Shown: positions 49,995-60,051 of the stretch, piece by piece
Layout: each line of letters starts with the position of its first letter
Numbering within the stretch: position 1 is the stretch's first letter
Assembly: GCA_028818695.1 (NCBI GenBank)
Contig: JAPPNK010000005.1
Coordinates: forward strand, 6,927-70,926
Source: Candidatus Poribacteria bacterium
GTDB lineage: Bacteria > Poribacteria > WGA-4E > GCA-2687025
Reading direction: 5' to 3'
DNA length: 64,000 bases
Notes under the pieces: generated by a model
What the model was told of the DNA's origin: nothing
Database searches by the model: none
Seen by the model: only the letters and a program-made list of their open reading frames with translations
Position numbers and translations under genes: made by a program

Positions 49995-50440
49995 CGCATC
50001 CGCGCCATATCGTCGCCGTCTCCGCCCTGATTCTCGACCCTAACGGACGCATACTGCTCATCAAAAGCCCCCGCCGAGGCTGGGAATTTCCTGGCGGACA
50101 GGTCGAAGAGGGCGAAAACCTGATCGAAGCGTTGAAACGGGAGATCAAGGAAGAGGCGGGAGTGGAGGCGGAAGTTGGGCAGCTCGCGGGCGTGTATTCC
50201 AACATCAAACCGCCTGCAAAAGTGATCTTCGGCTTCTTAGCCGAGTATGCGTCCGGCGAATTGAGTACCAGCGACGAAAGCTTAGAGACGCGCTGGTTCG
50301 ACCGCGAAGAGGCGTTGAGCCAAATCGCCAACCCCGCTGTCCGCGACAGGCTGATCGATATGCTGGACTTCGGCGGCGCGCCCGTTTACCGCGTTTATTC
50401 AACGAACCCTTACAAGATACATGCGCAGCGGCGCGTTTAA
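49988..50440 (+). CDS. NUDIX hydrolase (copy 1)
   Basis: Nudix box GGQVEEGENLIEALKREIKEEAGV; overlaps the permease B stop via the same ATGGTGA junction. Confidence 0.85.
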   Translation: MVTHPRHIVAVSALILDPNGRILLIKSPRRGWEFPGGQVEEGENLIEALKREIKEEAGVEAEVGQLAGVYSNIKPPAKVIFGFLAEYASGELSTSDESLETRWFDREEALSQIANPAVRDRLIDMLDFGGAPVYRVYSTNPYKIHAQRRV

Positions 50441-50510
50441 CGCGAGAAGACCAACCGCAAACAGCGGCGCGCCGACCGAGCAAACGCATTGAAAGAAAGG
50501 ATACTTCGCT

Positions 50511-50966
50511 ATGACGCACGCGCATCCGCGGCATATCGTCGCTGTCTTCGCGCTGATTCTCGACCCTGAAGGGCGTTTCCTGCTCGTCAAACATCCCCGC
50601 CGAGGCTGGGGATTTCCCGGCGGAAAGGTCGAAGAGGGCGAAAATCTGATCGAAGCGCTCAAACGGGAGATCAAAGAAGAAACGGGAGTGGAGGCGGAGG
50701 TTGGACAGCTCGCGGGCGTGTATTCCAAACCCAAACCGCCAGCAAGAGTGTTTTTCAACTTTTTCGCCAAGTATGCGTCCGGCGAATTGAGAACCAGCGA
50801 CGAAAGCTTAGAGACGCGCTGGTTCGACCGCGAGGAGGCGCTGAGCCAAGTCGCCAACCCCGCCGTCCGCGACAGGTTGATCGATACGCTGGACTTCGGC
50901 GGCGCGCCCGTTTACCGCGTTTATTCAACGAACCCTTACAGGATCTATTCCCAATGGAGCATCTGA
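50511..50966 (+). CDS. NUDIX hydrolase (copy 2, tandem duplicate)
   Basis: Nudix box GGKVEEGENLIEALKREIKEETGV; about 85% aa identity to copy 1. Confidence 0.85.
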   Translation: MTHAHPRHIVAVFALILDPEGRFLLVKHPRRGWGFPGGKVEEGENLIEALKREIKEETGVEAEVGQLAGVYSKPKPPARVFFNFFAKYASGELRTSDESLETRWFDREEALSQVANPAVRDRLIDTLDFGGAPVYRVYSTNPYRIYSQWSI

Positions 50967-52482
50967 CAAAAGACCTCCAACCGCAGCGGGCGAAGGGACA
51001 GCCGACCGCCTTATGGACGCTCATCAAGGCGCGGCTGCGCATCGCTTTGAATACCGCTTTCAAGAGGGGAAAAACGCGCCTCATGGGGACGTTCGTCAAG
51101 GCGCTGGCGGCGGGGGCGTATTTGGCGCTATTTGCGTTGTTTTTGCGCGGCTCTTTTGCCAAATATCCGCATCCGCGCTTGGCGGCAACAGCGGCGTTTG
51201 CGGCGGCGGCGCTGCTCATGGCGGCGCGCGCCGTTCAATACGCCCTTGCGCAGACCCCCGGCAAAGGCTCCATGCGCATCTTGAAACCGCTGCCGGTCTC
51301 TAGCGCGAAGATATGCGCGGCGCGCATCGTGGACGGCGCTTTCGATAACGGAACGTTTACCTTTCTAAGCGCTGGACCTATCGCGCTCGGTTATGCGCTC
51401 GCCTTTCCGCCCAACCCGTTCCAAGCGCTCGTTTTTTGCTGGGCTGGACGGCGCTTTGGATCTCCTGCGCCAGCGTTGGAACCGCGGCGACTCTCCTGTA
51501 TGAGCGTTTTGAAGCAAAGGTCGGCGGCGGTTTCCGCGGGGCGCTGGCAAGCGCCTTCATGCTTGTCAGCCTCTTCGCGTTCATTTATATTCTCATCTTC
51601 CCCGCTGTCAGCGCGGAAACCGACTCGCCTGACATTCTCATTCGCGCGGAACCGCTGCTCCGATGGGCGCCGTCCGTATGGCTCGCCGACGCGCTCATCG
51701 ATCCGATGCCGATACTGGAAGCGGCGGGATGCGTTGCGCTGGCGTCGGCCTTAACAGCAAGCGCGTTTCTCTTACATGCGCGGGGAGATACGGAGGCGGC
51801 GCTCTCTGAAACGCAGACGCGCCTGATACGCCGAAGAACGCGCCTCCGCCCCCGAACCGCTCTCGTCTCGCTCATCATGAAAGATCTGAAGGTGAGCGTA
51901 CGACATTCGGGGCTGTTGACCAGTTGGACTCTCCCGTTTCTTTTGTTGATTGCGATCAAAGCGTTTAGAAACTGGGCGTCTCCTGAAACGGAGCCGCCGA
52001 TAGGCGGTACCATTGGTCCCATGGCGGCTTTCGGCTCCATTGCTGTCGGCTTGGTCATTGCAAGCTTGGACGGGCGCGCCTATCTCATGCTCCGCTCCAT
52101 CCTGCCGCGCTTTAGGCTTTACGCCGCGGCGAAGACGTTCATTGCCTCCGGCGCGGTCTTCGCCGCTTCTCTCTTCTCGTTCGCGGTTGAGGCGCATAGC
52201 GTACCCAGCGTCGGATGGATGTTGACCGCCGCGGGAATCGCCGTCGGAAGCGGCGGCTTCTCGGTCGGGATCGGATGCCTCATGCCGGAGTTTGAGGAAG
52301 AGAACCCGATGCGCGCCGCTCATATGCGGAGCGTCCTGATTGTCCTAATTCACGCTATCGCAACCATCGTCTGCTTAGAGTCGCTCCCGTCGGGGTGGAC
52401 AGCGGCGGTTTCATGCGCGCTCGGCGCGACCGCCGCCGCAATCGGAGCCGAGCGCCTTGAATACATGGACGTTACGCTTTAG
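50954..52482 (+). pseudogene. Third paralog of the ~505-aa membrane protein family, interrupted by a -1 frameshift in a T6 run
   Basis: ORFs 50954..51754 and 51436..52482 are consecutive parts of one protein (..NPFQALVF | LLGWTALWISCAS..); the frame switches at ttttttt-less run 51432-51437; C-terminus AERLEYMDVTL parallels LESMDAVW of paralogs A and B. Confidence 0.6.
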
Positions 52483-52493
52483 TCCGGCGCCGC

Positions 52494-52784
52494 TTACCCT
52501 TCGATCAATTCGCCCGCCTTGACGACGAACTCGACATGGCTTCGGCGTATTTCGACGCGGACGCCCTCGGCGATGTTGACCTTCAAAAGATCTTCTTTAG
52601 CGTCATCGATGCGCCCCTGCAGCCCGCCGCGCGTCACGACGATGTCGCCCTTTGTCAGTTCTTCAAGCATTCGCCGCCGCTTTTTTTCGCGCGTCTGCTG
52701 GGGGCGAATGATCAGAAAATAAAACGCCGCGAGTATCAGTACAAAAGGGAGAAACTGAGTAAAGCCCCCCATTCCATCAGGCAT
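52494..52784 (-). CDS. yajC: Preprotein translocase subunit YajC
   Basis: 96 aa; N-terminal transmembrane helix then IIRPQQTREKKRRRMLEELTKGDIVVTRGGLQGRI. Confidence 0.85.
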   Translation of the reverse strand: MPDGMGGFTQFLPFVLILAAFYFLIIRPQQTREKKRRRMLEELTKGDIVVTRGGLQGRIDDAKEDLLKVNIAEGVRVEIRRSHVEFVVKAGELIEG

Positions 52785-52838
52785 ATCGTTTCCTTTCCAA
52801 TGGCAATTTGGTTGAAAGTTTCGCGTTTGTCTGTTTTT

Positions 52839-53873
52839 CTAAAAAACCAGCATCGCGTCTCCATAGCTGTAAAAGCGGTAACGCTCCTGCACAGCGGTCT
52901 CATACGCCGCCCGCATGAGATCATACCCCGTAAAAGCGGCCGTCAACATCAATAACGACGATTTCGGCAGATGAAAATTCGTCAAAACAGCGTCCACCCC
53001 CTTAAACTGAAAGCCAGGGGCGATGAAGAGGCTTGTCTCGCCGTCGAAAGGCTCCACCGTTCCAGAGGCGGCAGCCGTTTCCAGCGTCCGAACGGTCGTC
53101 GTGCCGACCGCGCAGACCCGCCCGCCTTTCTCTTTAAAACGGTTCAGCCGCTCCGCTGTCTTGGCAGACACCGCCGCCCGCTCCGCATGAAGCCGCGCCT
53201 CGCCCAGATTTTCGGTCTGAATCGGCTGAAACGTCCCAGGACCGACATGCAGCGTGATTCGCTCAACTCCGACGCCCTTTTCTTGAAGACGGCGCAGCGT
53301 CTCGCGGGTGAAGTGAAGCCCCGCCGTCGGAGCGGCCGCTGACCCGTCATGCTGGGCGTAAACGCACTGATACCGCTCCCGATCGGCAGCGTCCGGCAGA
53401 CGGCGTATGTAAGGCGGCAGGGGGATTTCGCCCGCTTCTTCAAGAGCGGCGTTGAAGTTTTCGGCGTTGTTAAAACGGAATCGAAATGCGCCGCCGTCTA
53501 TCCGTCCGATTGTTTCGGCGCGCAAGGCTCCGCCTTTAAAGAGAACCGCAACGCCAGGTTTGAGCCGTTTGCCCGGTTTCGCCAGCGCCTCCCATACGCC
53601 TTCTCCGAGCGGTTTGAGAAGCAGGAGTTCTATTTTGGCGCCTGTCCGCTCCTTTTCTCCGCGGAGGCGGGCAGGGATGACGCGGGTGTCGTTCAACACA
53701 AGCGTCCAGCGTTCGTCCAGCAGGTTCACAATGTCGTTGAAGCGGCGGCGTTCAATCGTTCCCGTCTCGCGCTGAACCGTCATGAGCCGCGAGTCGCCGC
53801 GTTCAGGAGAGGGCCGCTGCGCAATCAATTCAGGCGGAAGAAGGTAGTCGAAGTCGGACAGGCGCATCTTCAA
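52839..53873 (-). CDS. queA: S-adenosylmethionine:tRNA ribosyltransferase-isomerase
   Basis: MRLSDFDYLLPPELIAQRP...PLPPYI. Confidence 0.95.
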   Translation of the reverse strand: MKMRLSDFDYLLPPELIAQRPSPERGDSRLMTVQRETGTIERRRFNDIVNLLDERWTLVLNDTRVIPARLRGEKERTGAKIELLLLKPLGEGVWEALAKPGKRLKPGVAVLFKGGALRAETIGRIDGGAFRFRFNNAENFNAALEEAGEIPLPPYIRRLPDAADRERYQCVYAQHDGSAAAPTAGLHFTRETLRRLQEKGVGVERITLHVGPGTFQPIQTENLGEARLHAERAAVSAKTAERLNRFKEKGGRVCAVGTTTVRTLETAAASGTVEPFDGETSLFIAPGFQFKGVDAVLTNFHLPKSSLLMLTAAFTGYDLMRAAYETAVQERYRFYSYGDAMLVF

Positions 53874-54901
53874 AACAGCTGGTTCGATTCAGGCGATTCA
53901 GGCGGCGGCTCGCCCAGATGAACATACGCCTGCGGGGTGAGGGAACGCCCCCGCGGGGTTTTGCTGAGGAAGCCAATCTGTATCAAAAACGGCTCATACA
54001 CATCCTCAATCGTGCGCGCGTCCTCGCTGACGGCGGAGGCGATCGTGTTGAGAGAGGCGTATCCTCCGCGCTCAATGATCGAATACATGATGCGCCGATC
54101 CGTCTCGTCAAGTCCAATGGAGTCGACGCCGAGCCTGTCGAGAGCGTCGCGGGCTAGGTCATAGGTGACGATTCCGTCGCCGAGGGTGTCCGCAAAGTCG
54201 CGGATGCGGCGAAGATAACGTTTGGCGATTCGGGGGGTTCCGCGGGCGCGTTTGGCGATCTCGGCGGCGCCCTTCTCTTCAACGCGAATCTGAAACAGCG
54301 CCGCGTCCCGTTGAACAATCTGAACAAGCTCCTCTTTGCTGTAAAAGTCTAAACGCAGGCGAATGCCGAACCTGTCGCGCAAGGGACCTGTCAAGAGTCC
54401 CTCCCGCGTCGTCGCGCCGATCAATGTGAAGCTGCCGAAAGCCAACCGCACAGGGCGCGCGCCTGGCCCGCCCTGCCCAATTACAACGTCCAAAAAGTAA
54501 TCTTCCATCGCGGGGTATAAAATCTCCTGCGTCCGCTGGTTGACGCGGTGGATCTCGTCTATGAATAGGACGGATCCGCTTTGGCTCCCGCCTTGATTCA
54601 AGCCTGACAGGATCGACGTCAGCTCCAGCCGCTCAATGTTCGATCCGATGGCGCGCGTGAAGCCGACGCCCATCTCATTCGCGGCGATCTCCGCCAGCGT
54701 CGTCTTGCCGAGCCCCTTCGGCCCGACAAGGAGCGTGTGGTCAAGCGGTTCTTCGCGTTGCTGGGCGGCTTGGATAAAGACGCGCATCTGGTCGCATATC
54801 TCTTTTTGTCCGATGAACTCGTCCAAACGGCGCGGACGGAAAGTGTGATGCGTCGGCTCGTCGTCGTCCTGTTCGCCTGGGGCGGTCAACCGCTCGCTCA
54901 T
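53870..54901 (-). CDS. ruvB: Holliday junction branch migration helicase RuvB
   Basis: RPRRLDEFIGQ...LLVGPKGLGKTTLA...DEIHR. Confidence 0.95.
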   Translation of the reverse strand: MSERLTAPGEQDDDEPTHHTFRPRRLDEFIGQKEICDQMRVFIQAAQQREEPLDHTLLVGPKGLGKTTLAEIAANEMGVGFTRAIGSNIERLELTSILSGLNQGGSQSGSVLFIDEIHRVNQRTQEILYPAMEDYFLDVVIGQGGPGARPVRLAFGSFTLIGATTREGLLTGPLRDRFGIRLRLDFYSKEELVQIVQRDAALFQIRVEEKGAAEIAKRARGTPRIAKRYLRRIRDFADTLGDGIVTYDLARDALDRLGVDSIGLDETDRRIMYSIIERGGYASLNTIASAVSEDARTIEDVYEPFLIQIGFLSKTPRGRSLTPQAYVHLGEPPPESPESNQLF

Positions 54902-55503
54902 TTCGTTCCTGACGCCTTCGACCTAGCTTGAAGCGCGGCGCGCACAAGCGCGTCCACCGAGGCATCCTCGCCGAGACTGCGCCGCGCCTCCCGCACCGCT
55001 TTTTCAGCCTCCATCTCCTCGGCGCCGAGAGCGACCATCGCTTTGACAGCGTCTCCGACCTCTCCTTGTAGATGCGAAGCCCGCAGATCCATCGGCTCAA
55101 TGGCTCCCCATTTGTTTTGCAGGTCGAGAATGACGCGCTGCGCCGTTTTCTTGCCGATACCCTTCGCCCGCGCAATGGCGGCGACGTCGCCAGACTGAAC
55201 CGCCGCGACCATCTCCTCAGGCGTCAAAACGGACAACGCCGCCAGCGCCGAGCGCGCCCCTACGCCGCTCACGCCGATTAAATCCTGAAAAATAGACCGT
55301 TCCTTCCGACGCAAAAATCCGAACAACGCGCGCTCATCCGCCCGAACATGATCATGCGTGTAGAGAAGAATCGAGCCGCCGGGATCGGGCATGTTCATGA
55401 GCGCGCGCTGCGTCACAAACGCCTCATACCCGACGCCTTGAATGTCGACGATGACCGAATCGTCCGTCGCCTCGACAAACGCGCCGCGCAGGTAGGCAAT
55501 CAT
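54898..55503 (-). CDS. ruvA: Holliday junction DNA helicase RuvA
   Basis: MIAYLRG...DIQGVGYE...LIGVSGVG..KKTAQRVI. Confidence 0.9.
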   Translation of the reverse strand: MIAYLRGAFVEATDDSVIVDIQGVGYEAFVTQRALMNMPDPGGSILLYTHDHVRADERALFGFLRRKERSIFQDLIGVSGVGARSALAALSVLTPEEMVAAVQSGDVAAIARAKGIGKKTAQRVILDLQNKWGAIEPMDLRASHLQGEVGDAVKAMVALGAEEMEAEKAVREARRSLGEDASVDALVRAALQARSKASGTK

Positions 55504-55994
55504 GATTGGCTGAACGCGAGAGAAGAGGGGGCAAGCAGACGGCAGATTGCCAACGCTAAGCCGTCCGCCGCGTCGTCCGGCTTTGGGAGGTCGGGCAAGC
55601 CCAGCAGCGTTTTCGTCATATACCGCACCTGGTCTTTAGCGGCGCGTCCGACGCCGGCGACTCCGATCTTCACCTGACTCGGCTTGTAATGCGCGACCGG
55701 CAATCCGCGCTGCGCCGCCGCCAAGAGAGCGACCCCGCGAGCCTGCGCGACAGCGATGCCGGTCGTCACATTTTTTCCAAAAAACAGCTCCTCAACAGCC
55801 GCCTCATCCGGCCGATGCTCCTCCATCAACGCGCACAAGCCGTCGTAGATGCGTTCCAGCCGCCTCTCCAACAGATCGCCGGCCGGCGTGCGAATGACGC
55901 CGTGCGCGCGCCATCGAAGCGACCCGTCCGCTCCATGCTCCGCCACCCCGTAACCGGTGATTGCCACCCCAGGATCGATGCCCAAAACCTTCAT
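55500..55994 (-). CDS. ruvC: Crossover junction endodeoxyribonuclease RuvC
   Basis: MKVLGIDPG...GYGV; acidic catalytic residues; ruvC-ruvA-ruvB overlapping operon. Confidence 0.9.
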   Translation of the reverse strand: MKVLGIDPGVAITGYGVAEHGADGSLRWRAHGVIRTPAGDLLERRLERIYDGLCALMEEHRPDEAAVEELFFGKNVTTGIAVAQARGVALLAAAQRGLPVAHYKPSQVKIGVAGVGRAAKDQVRYMTKTLLGLPDLPKPDDAADGLALAICRLLAPSSLAFSQS

Positions 55995-55997
55995 GAA

Positions 55998-56756
55998 TTA
56001 CGCCGCGCTTTCTTGATACCGTTCTATCAACATATCGTCAATGTCCATGTCTGCGTACACATTGGAAACGTCGTCAAGCTCTTCAAGCGCGTCCATCAGC
56101 TTTAGCGCCTCTACCGCCTGCTCCCCGCTCAGCTGAAGAGGCGCGGCGGGAGTCATGCGCAGATCGGCGTTTGCGGTCGGTATCTCTTCCGCTTCTAGCG
56201 CGGCGCACACCGCATGGAACGCTTCTACGGTCGTTTCAATCTCGTAGCAGTTCTCGTCGTCCGTCACATCGTCCGCGCCCGCGTCCAGCGCGGTCATGAT
56301 GAGCGCCTCTTCGTCGGCGTCCTCTAGATTGACAAGTATGTACCCTTTTCGGTTGAACTTCCATGCGACCGAGTTGCGTTCGCCGAGAATGCCGCCGTTT
56401 TTGTTGAGAGCGCGGCGCAGCTCCGCGCTGGTGCGGTGTCGGTTGTCGGTCGCCGCTTCGATATACAGAGCGACCCCGTGCGGCCCGTACGCTTCGTATG
56501 CGCACTCTTCATATGCGGCGCCTTCCAGCTCGCCCGCTCCGCGCAGGACCGCTTTTTCGATGGTGTCGTTCGGTATATTTTCGGCGCGCGCGTTGGAGAT
56601 CGCCGTGCGCAGACGCGGATTTGCTTCAGGCGCCTTGCCGCCCTGGCGCGCCGCGACGGTCAGCTCGCGCAGCATCTTCGACATCATCTTGCTGCGGCGC
56701 GAATCGTTCACAGCCTTTTTTCGCTTGATTTTTGACCACTTAGAATGTCCAGCCAT
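55998..56756 (-). CDS. yebC: YebC/PmpR family DNA-binding transcriptional regulator
   Basis: MAGHSKWSKIKRKKA... Confidence 0.9.
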   Translation of the reverse strand: MAGHSKWSKIKRKKAVNDSRRSKMMSKMLRELTVAARQGGKAPEANPRLRTAISNARAENIPNDTIEKAVLRGAGELEGAAYEECAYEAYGPHGVALYIEAATDNRHRTSAELRRALNKNGGILGERNSVAWKFNRKGYILVNLEDADEEALIMTALDAGADDVTDDENCYEIETTVEAFHAVCAALEAEEIPTANADLRMTPAAPLQLSGEQAVEALKLMDALEELDDVSNVYADMDIDDMLIERYQESAA

Positions 56757-56910
56757 ACCGCCTCGCTATTAGGTTCTCGCCCGCATGCGTCTCTTTATTT
56801 TACACACAATCGGTCTGATTGGCATCTTTGAGCTCTGGAGATGGACGATTAAGTCGGAACATGTCGGCGGGCGGAGGCGGAGCCTTGCCCAAATAGAACC
56901 GCTTGTTCGT

Positions 56911-58551
56911 TCAATTGCCGGCGCCAGAGTCCGGTTCGGTGAGCGGATACACGACAAGTAGAATTTCCTGGTCGGTTCCGTTTTGTGTGAAGGGGGTCGT
57001 TCCACGGGTCCAGCCGATGAAGCAAGGGGCGTCCGGAATTAAAGAGTTTAGACGGGATTCTCTCGCCCAGAACGCCAACGCTCTGGACGGCGTCTCTAAA
57101 CCGCTCCACAGGGCGCGCATGCTGCGCATCGGCTGAAGCTCTCCCTCCCAGCGCTCGCCTGGGGGCAACGGTCCGATCTGTCGAATCCGCCCGTCTGCGG
57201 CGACCGCCGCCCGCTCAAACTGAAGCGGCGTCTGATTGCGCACCCAATGTCTCCCGCCGCTCCCTTTGCCGCCGATGATCTCCCCCACAAACGGCGTGAA
57301 CGTTTCGCCCATCCAGAAGGTTGAATGCGCGCCGCTGGGCGAATAGTTGCGTATCTCGCCGCCGTTTTGACCTACGCGCCATTCGCCGCTCTTTTTGGGG
57401 TTTAAAGGAAGAACGCGCATCTCCGCCGGCAGCGCGATTCGGGAGTGGCGCCGGTCGGTCGGAGGCGCCTCTATGACGCCGAGCCACAGCGCCTCATGCG
57501 TCTTTGGAAACGCGCGCGCGACGCCCGACGCCTGCGGCGTCAACAGCGGAGAACCCAGCCGAGCGACGGACGGCGCCAAGCTGACAACCGCCCCCAGCGC
57601 CAGTAGGACGATCAACCAAAGACGGGAGCGAAACCGAAGCGCCAGCCCCCAAAAAAGCGCCGCCAAAACGACCCAGACGAACGCTCCGAGCGCAAACCGC
57701 CTCCCGCTCAACGCTGCGCTATGACGGCTGGCGGACGCATGCATCCGCTTCGACAGCCGCTGCAGGTATTCATCCCCCTCGTCTGGACGAACGCTGATTT
57801 CAACTTCGCTCCAAAGACGCGCGCCCATCCCCTCATAACGCCCAACGCGGCCTAAACCGACCGGACGCCATCCCGCGTTTGCAGGAAGCAGCGCCTCCCA
57901 AAACGCCGGGAGCGGCCCGCGCGTTGAATCGTCCAGGACGACCGCCAGCGTCCCGCCCCGCCAGATCCAGCGCCGCAGCGCCTCCTGTTGCGGAAGGCGA
58001 AGGCGGTTGAGAGGGACGTCTCCAGCGAACCAAACCAGCGCGTCAACGCTTTTCCAGCCGACCCAGGATTCTGGGAAGCTGTCCGCCGCGCCCGTTTCAA
58101 ACACTTTAGCGGCTTGGGCGTCCATTTGAAACACCGCATGGAGCGCGCCGCGCCGCGCCGCAACCGCCAAGACGACAACGTCTATCTCGTTCGCATTCGG
58201 TTGAAATTCCAGGGGAAAGACGCGCTCTTCTCCGTCGACGCTTCTGAGCGTGAGAGAGCCTGTCGCGCCAATTGCGGGGACGCGGGCTGCGGATTCCCAT
58301 CCCAGGGATCCGCCCGGCGGTATGAACATCGCGCGTCCCGCGCTCATTCCGCCAAGAGAGACGCGCGCCTCGCCTTCAAACGGCTCCCCAAACGAAGAGA
58401 CGATCAGCTCAAATCGGTTCCATTCGCCCGCGCGAACAACCCCGCCGACGCCGACCTCATAGCTCTCCAGCCGCGTTTCGGCGTTCAGACTAAAGGCGGC
58501 GCATGCCATGACAGCGTAATGCGCAAGGCGCCGCGCCCTGTTCATCTCCAC
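56911..58551 (-). CDS. Hypothetical membrane protein (DUF4350/BatD-like?)
   Basis: 546-aa ORF; signal peptide and an internal transmembrane helix (LGAFVWVVLAALFWGLAL); no assignable catalytic motif. Confidence 0.45.
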   Translation of the reverse strand: MEMNRARRLAHYAVMACAAFSLNAETRLESYEVGVGGVVRAGEWNRFELIVSSFGEPFEGEARVSLGGMSAGRAMFIPPGGSLGWESAARVPAIGATGSLTLRSVDGEERVFPLEFQPNANEIDVVVLAVAARRGALHAVFQMDAQAAKVFETGAADSFPESWVGWKSVDALVWFAGDVPLNRLRLPQQEALRRWIWRGGTLAVVLDDSTRGPLPAFWEALLPANAGWRPVGLGRVGRYEGMGARLWSEVEISVRPDEGDEYLQRLSKRMHASASRHSAALSGRRFALGAFVWVVLAALFWGLALRFRSRLWLIVLLALGAVVSLAPSVARLGSPLLTPQASGVARAFPKTHEALWLGVIEAPPTDRRHSRIALPAEMRVLPLNPKKSGEWRVGQNGGEIRNYSPSGAHSTFWMGETFTPFVGEIIGGKGSGGRHWVRNQTPLQFERAAVAADGRIRQIGPLPPGERWEGELQPMRSMRALWSGLETPSRALAFWARESRLNSLIPDAPCFIGWTRGTTPFTQNGTDQEILLVVYPLTEPDSGAGN

Positions 58552-59864
58552 CGTTCAGCGAATTTTTGGCGCCCCTGCTCTATGACAGGATCGATCTTTC
58601 GGCCGAGGCGCGCCGTCTCGGACGCGATCCACTCCTCCAGCTCCGTCTCCATCGCGTCGGCGCGCTCGGGCTGCTCATCGGCGATGTTGCGCGTCTCCTT
58701 TGGGTCATGAATGCGGTCGTACAGCTCGCGCGGCGGGGAGCCGTAGAAGTCGATGGAGCGCGCTAAGATGAGGCGGGCGTCCGGCTTTCGAAGCGTCCAT
58801 TTTGCTTGCCAGGTGCATTCTGAAGCAATGACGCGCTCTGGTTCTTCATACGGCGGCTGCTGCGTCAGAGACGGGTCGATGGTCGAGAGCAAACTTTGGC
58901 CGTCCATTGAGGAATGCGGCTCTATGCCGACAGCGTCTAAAATCGTCGGCGCGGCGTCTATTGTTTGAACGGCGGAATTGATCCTTACTCCTGACGGAAG
59001 CTGCCCCGGCGCGCGCAGGATAAACGGAACGCGCATGTTCTCGTCGAACAAGCCATGGTGGTCGTACCAGACGCCATGTTCGCCGAGGCATTCGCCATGG
59101 TCGCCCATCAACACGACAAGCGTGTTCTCCGCTTGACCTGAAGCGTCTAAGGCGGAGAGGAGCGCGTTGACTCCGTCGTCGGCGTAGCGGACGCTGCCGT
59201 CGTAGAGCGCGCGGATATACTCTGGGTCTGTGATGCGCCCCTCTGGGAGTTTTAACCATGTGTCCCGCCACCGCTGCCCTAGCGGATGGCGCCAGAGCGG
59301 CTCTAAGGCTTCGTTTTGCGGATCGGTCGCCGTCGCTTCGTCGCCTTCATAGAACATCGTTCGGTACCGCTTCGGCGGAAAATAGGGCGTGTGCGGATCC
59401 CAGTAATGCACAAAAAGGAAGAAACGCTCCGAGCCGCATTGATTCAAAAACTCCACTGCGCGGCGGTTTTGCTGCTCGCAGGTGACCGACAGACGAAGCG
59501 GTCGGCGGAGAGACGGGTCGATGTAAAACTCGTACCCTTTATGGAACCATGGCTTTGAATGGGCGAGGTTGTCGACGGCGCAGGTTGTCCATCCCGCCTT
59601 TAAAAGAATCTCCGGCAGAAGCGGAACGCCGCGCGGCAAGACTGCGGACCCGCCGTTCGCCACAATCCCATGCGACATCGGATGCATGCCTGTGTAGATG
59701 GTGGTGAAGGAGGGCTGCGTCGGTATGGCTGAACAGATCATCTGCTCAAACAGGACGCCCTCCGACGCCAGTTCATCGATGGCGGGGGTTGTGCGCCGTT
59801 CATACCCGTAACAGCTCATCTGTTGAGCGCGCAGGGTGTCGATCGCGATGATCAGTATGTTCAT
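58542..59864 (-). CDS. Sulfatase-like hydrolase/transferase (alkaline phosphatase superfamily)
   Basis: IIAIDTLRAQQMSCYGY...TPAID...MGDHGE motifs; the canonical C/S-x-P-x-R sulfatase motif is not evident, so possibly a non-sulfatase member. Confidence 0.75.
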   Translation of the reverse strand: MNILIIAIDTLRAQQMSCYGYERRTTPAIDELASEGVLFEQMICSAIPTQPSFTTIYTGMHPMSHGIVANGGSAVLPRGVPLLPEILLKAGWTTCAVDNLAHSKPWFHKGYEFYIDPSLRRPLRLSVTCEQQNRRAVEFLNQCGSERFFLFVHYWDPHTPYFPPKRYRTMFYEGDEATATDPQNEALEPLWRHPLGQRWRDTWLKLPEGRITDPEYIRALYDGSVRYADDGVNALLSALDASGQAENTLVVLMGDHGECLGEHGVWYDHHGLFDENMRVPFILRAPGQLPSGVRINSAVQTIDAAPTILDAVGIEPHSSMDGQSLLSTIDPSLTQQPPYEEPERVIASECTWQAKWTLRKPDARLILARSIDFYGSPPRELYDRIHDPKETRNIADEQPERADAMETELEEWIASETARLGRKIDPVIEQGRQKFAERWR

Positions 59865-59875
59865 GATGTTACCCT

Positions 59876-60040
59876 GACCTTATGTCTTTAATTGGGACAT
59901 GCCGGCGAACGGATGCGGACGGTTTCTGCGGCGCCTCTAGATTCCCGCTTTCGCGGGAATGACGGTCTGGTTGACGACGCCTTTTTCCCATAAATAGAGT
60001 GATCATTCGTGCAACTGTCCCAACTTTAGGCATGAGGTCA
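59876..60040. mobile_element. MITE-like 165-bp repeat, copy 3
   Basis: tgaccttatgtctttaattgggacat ... ctgtcccaactttaggcatgaggtca (near-perfect outer inverted repeat tgacct/aggtca); internal ctctagattcccgctttcgcgggaa. Confidence 0.7.
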
Positions 60041-60051
60041 GGTTCCCCGCT

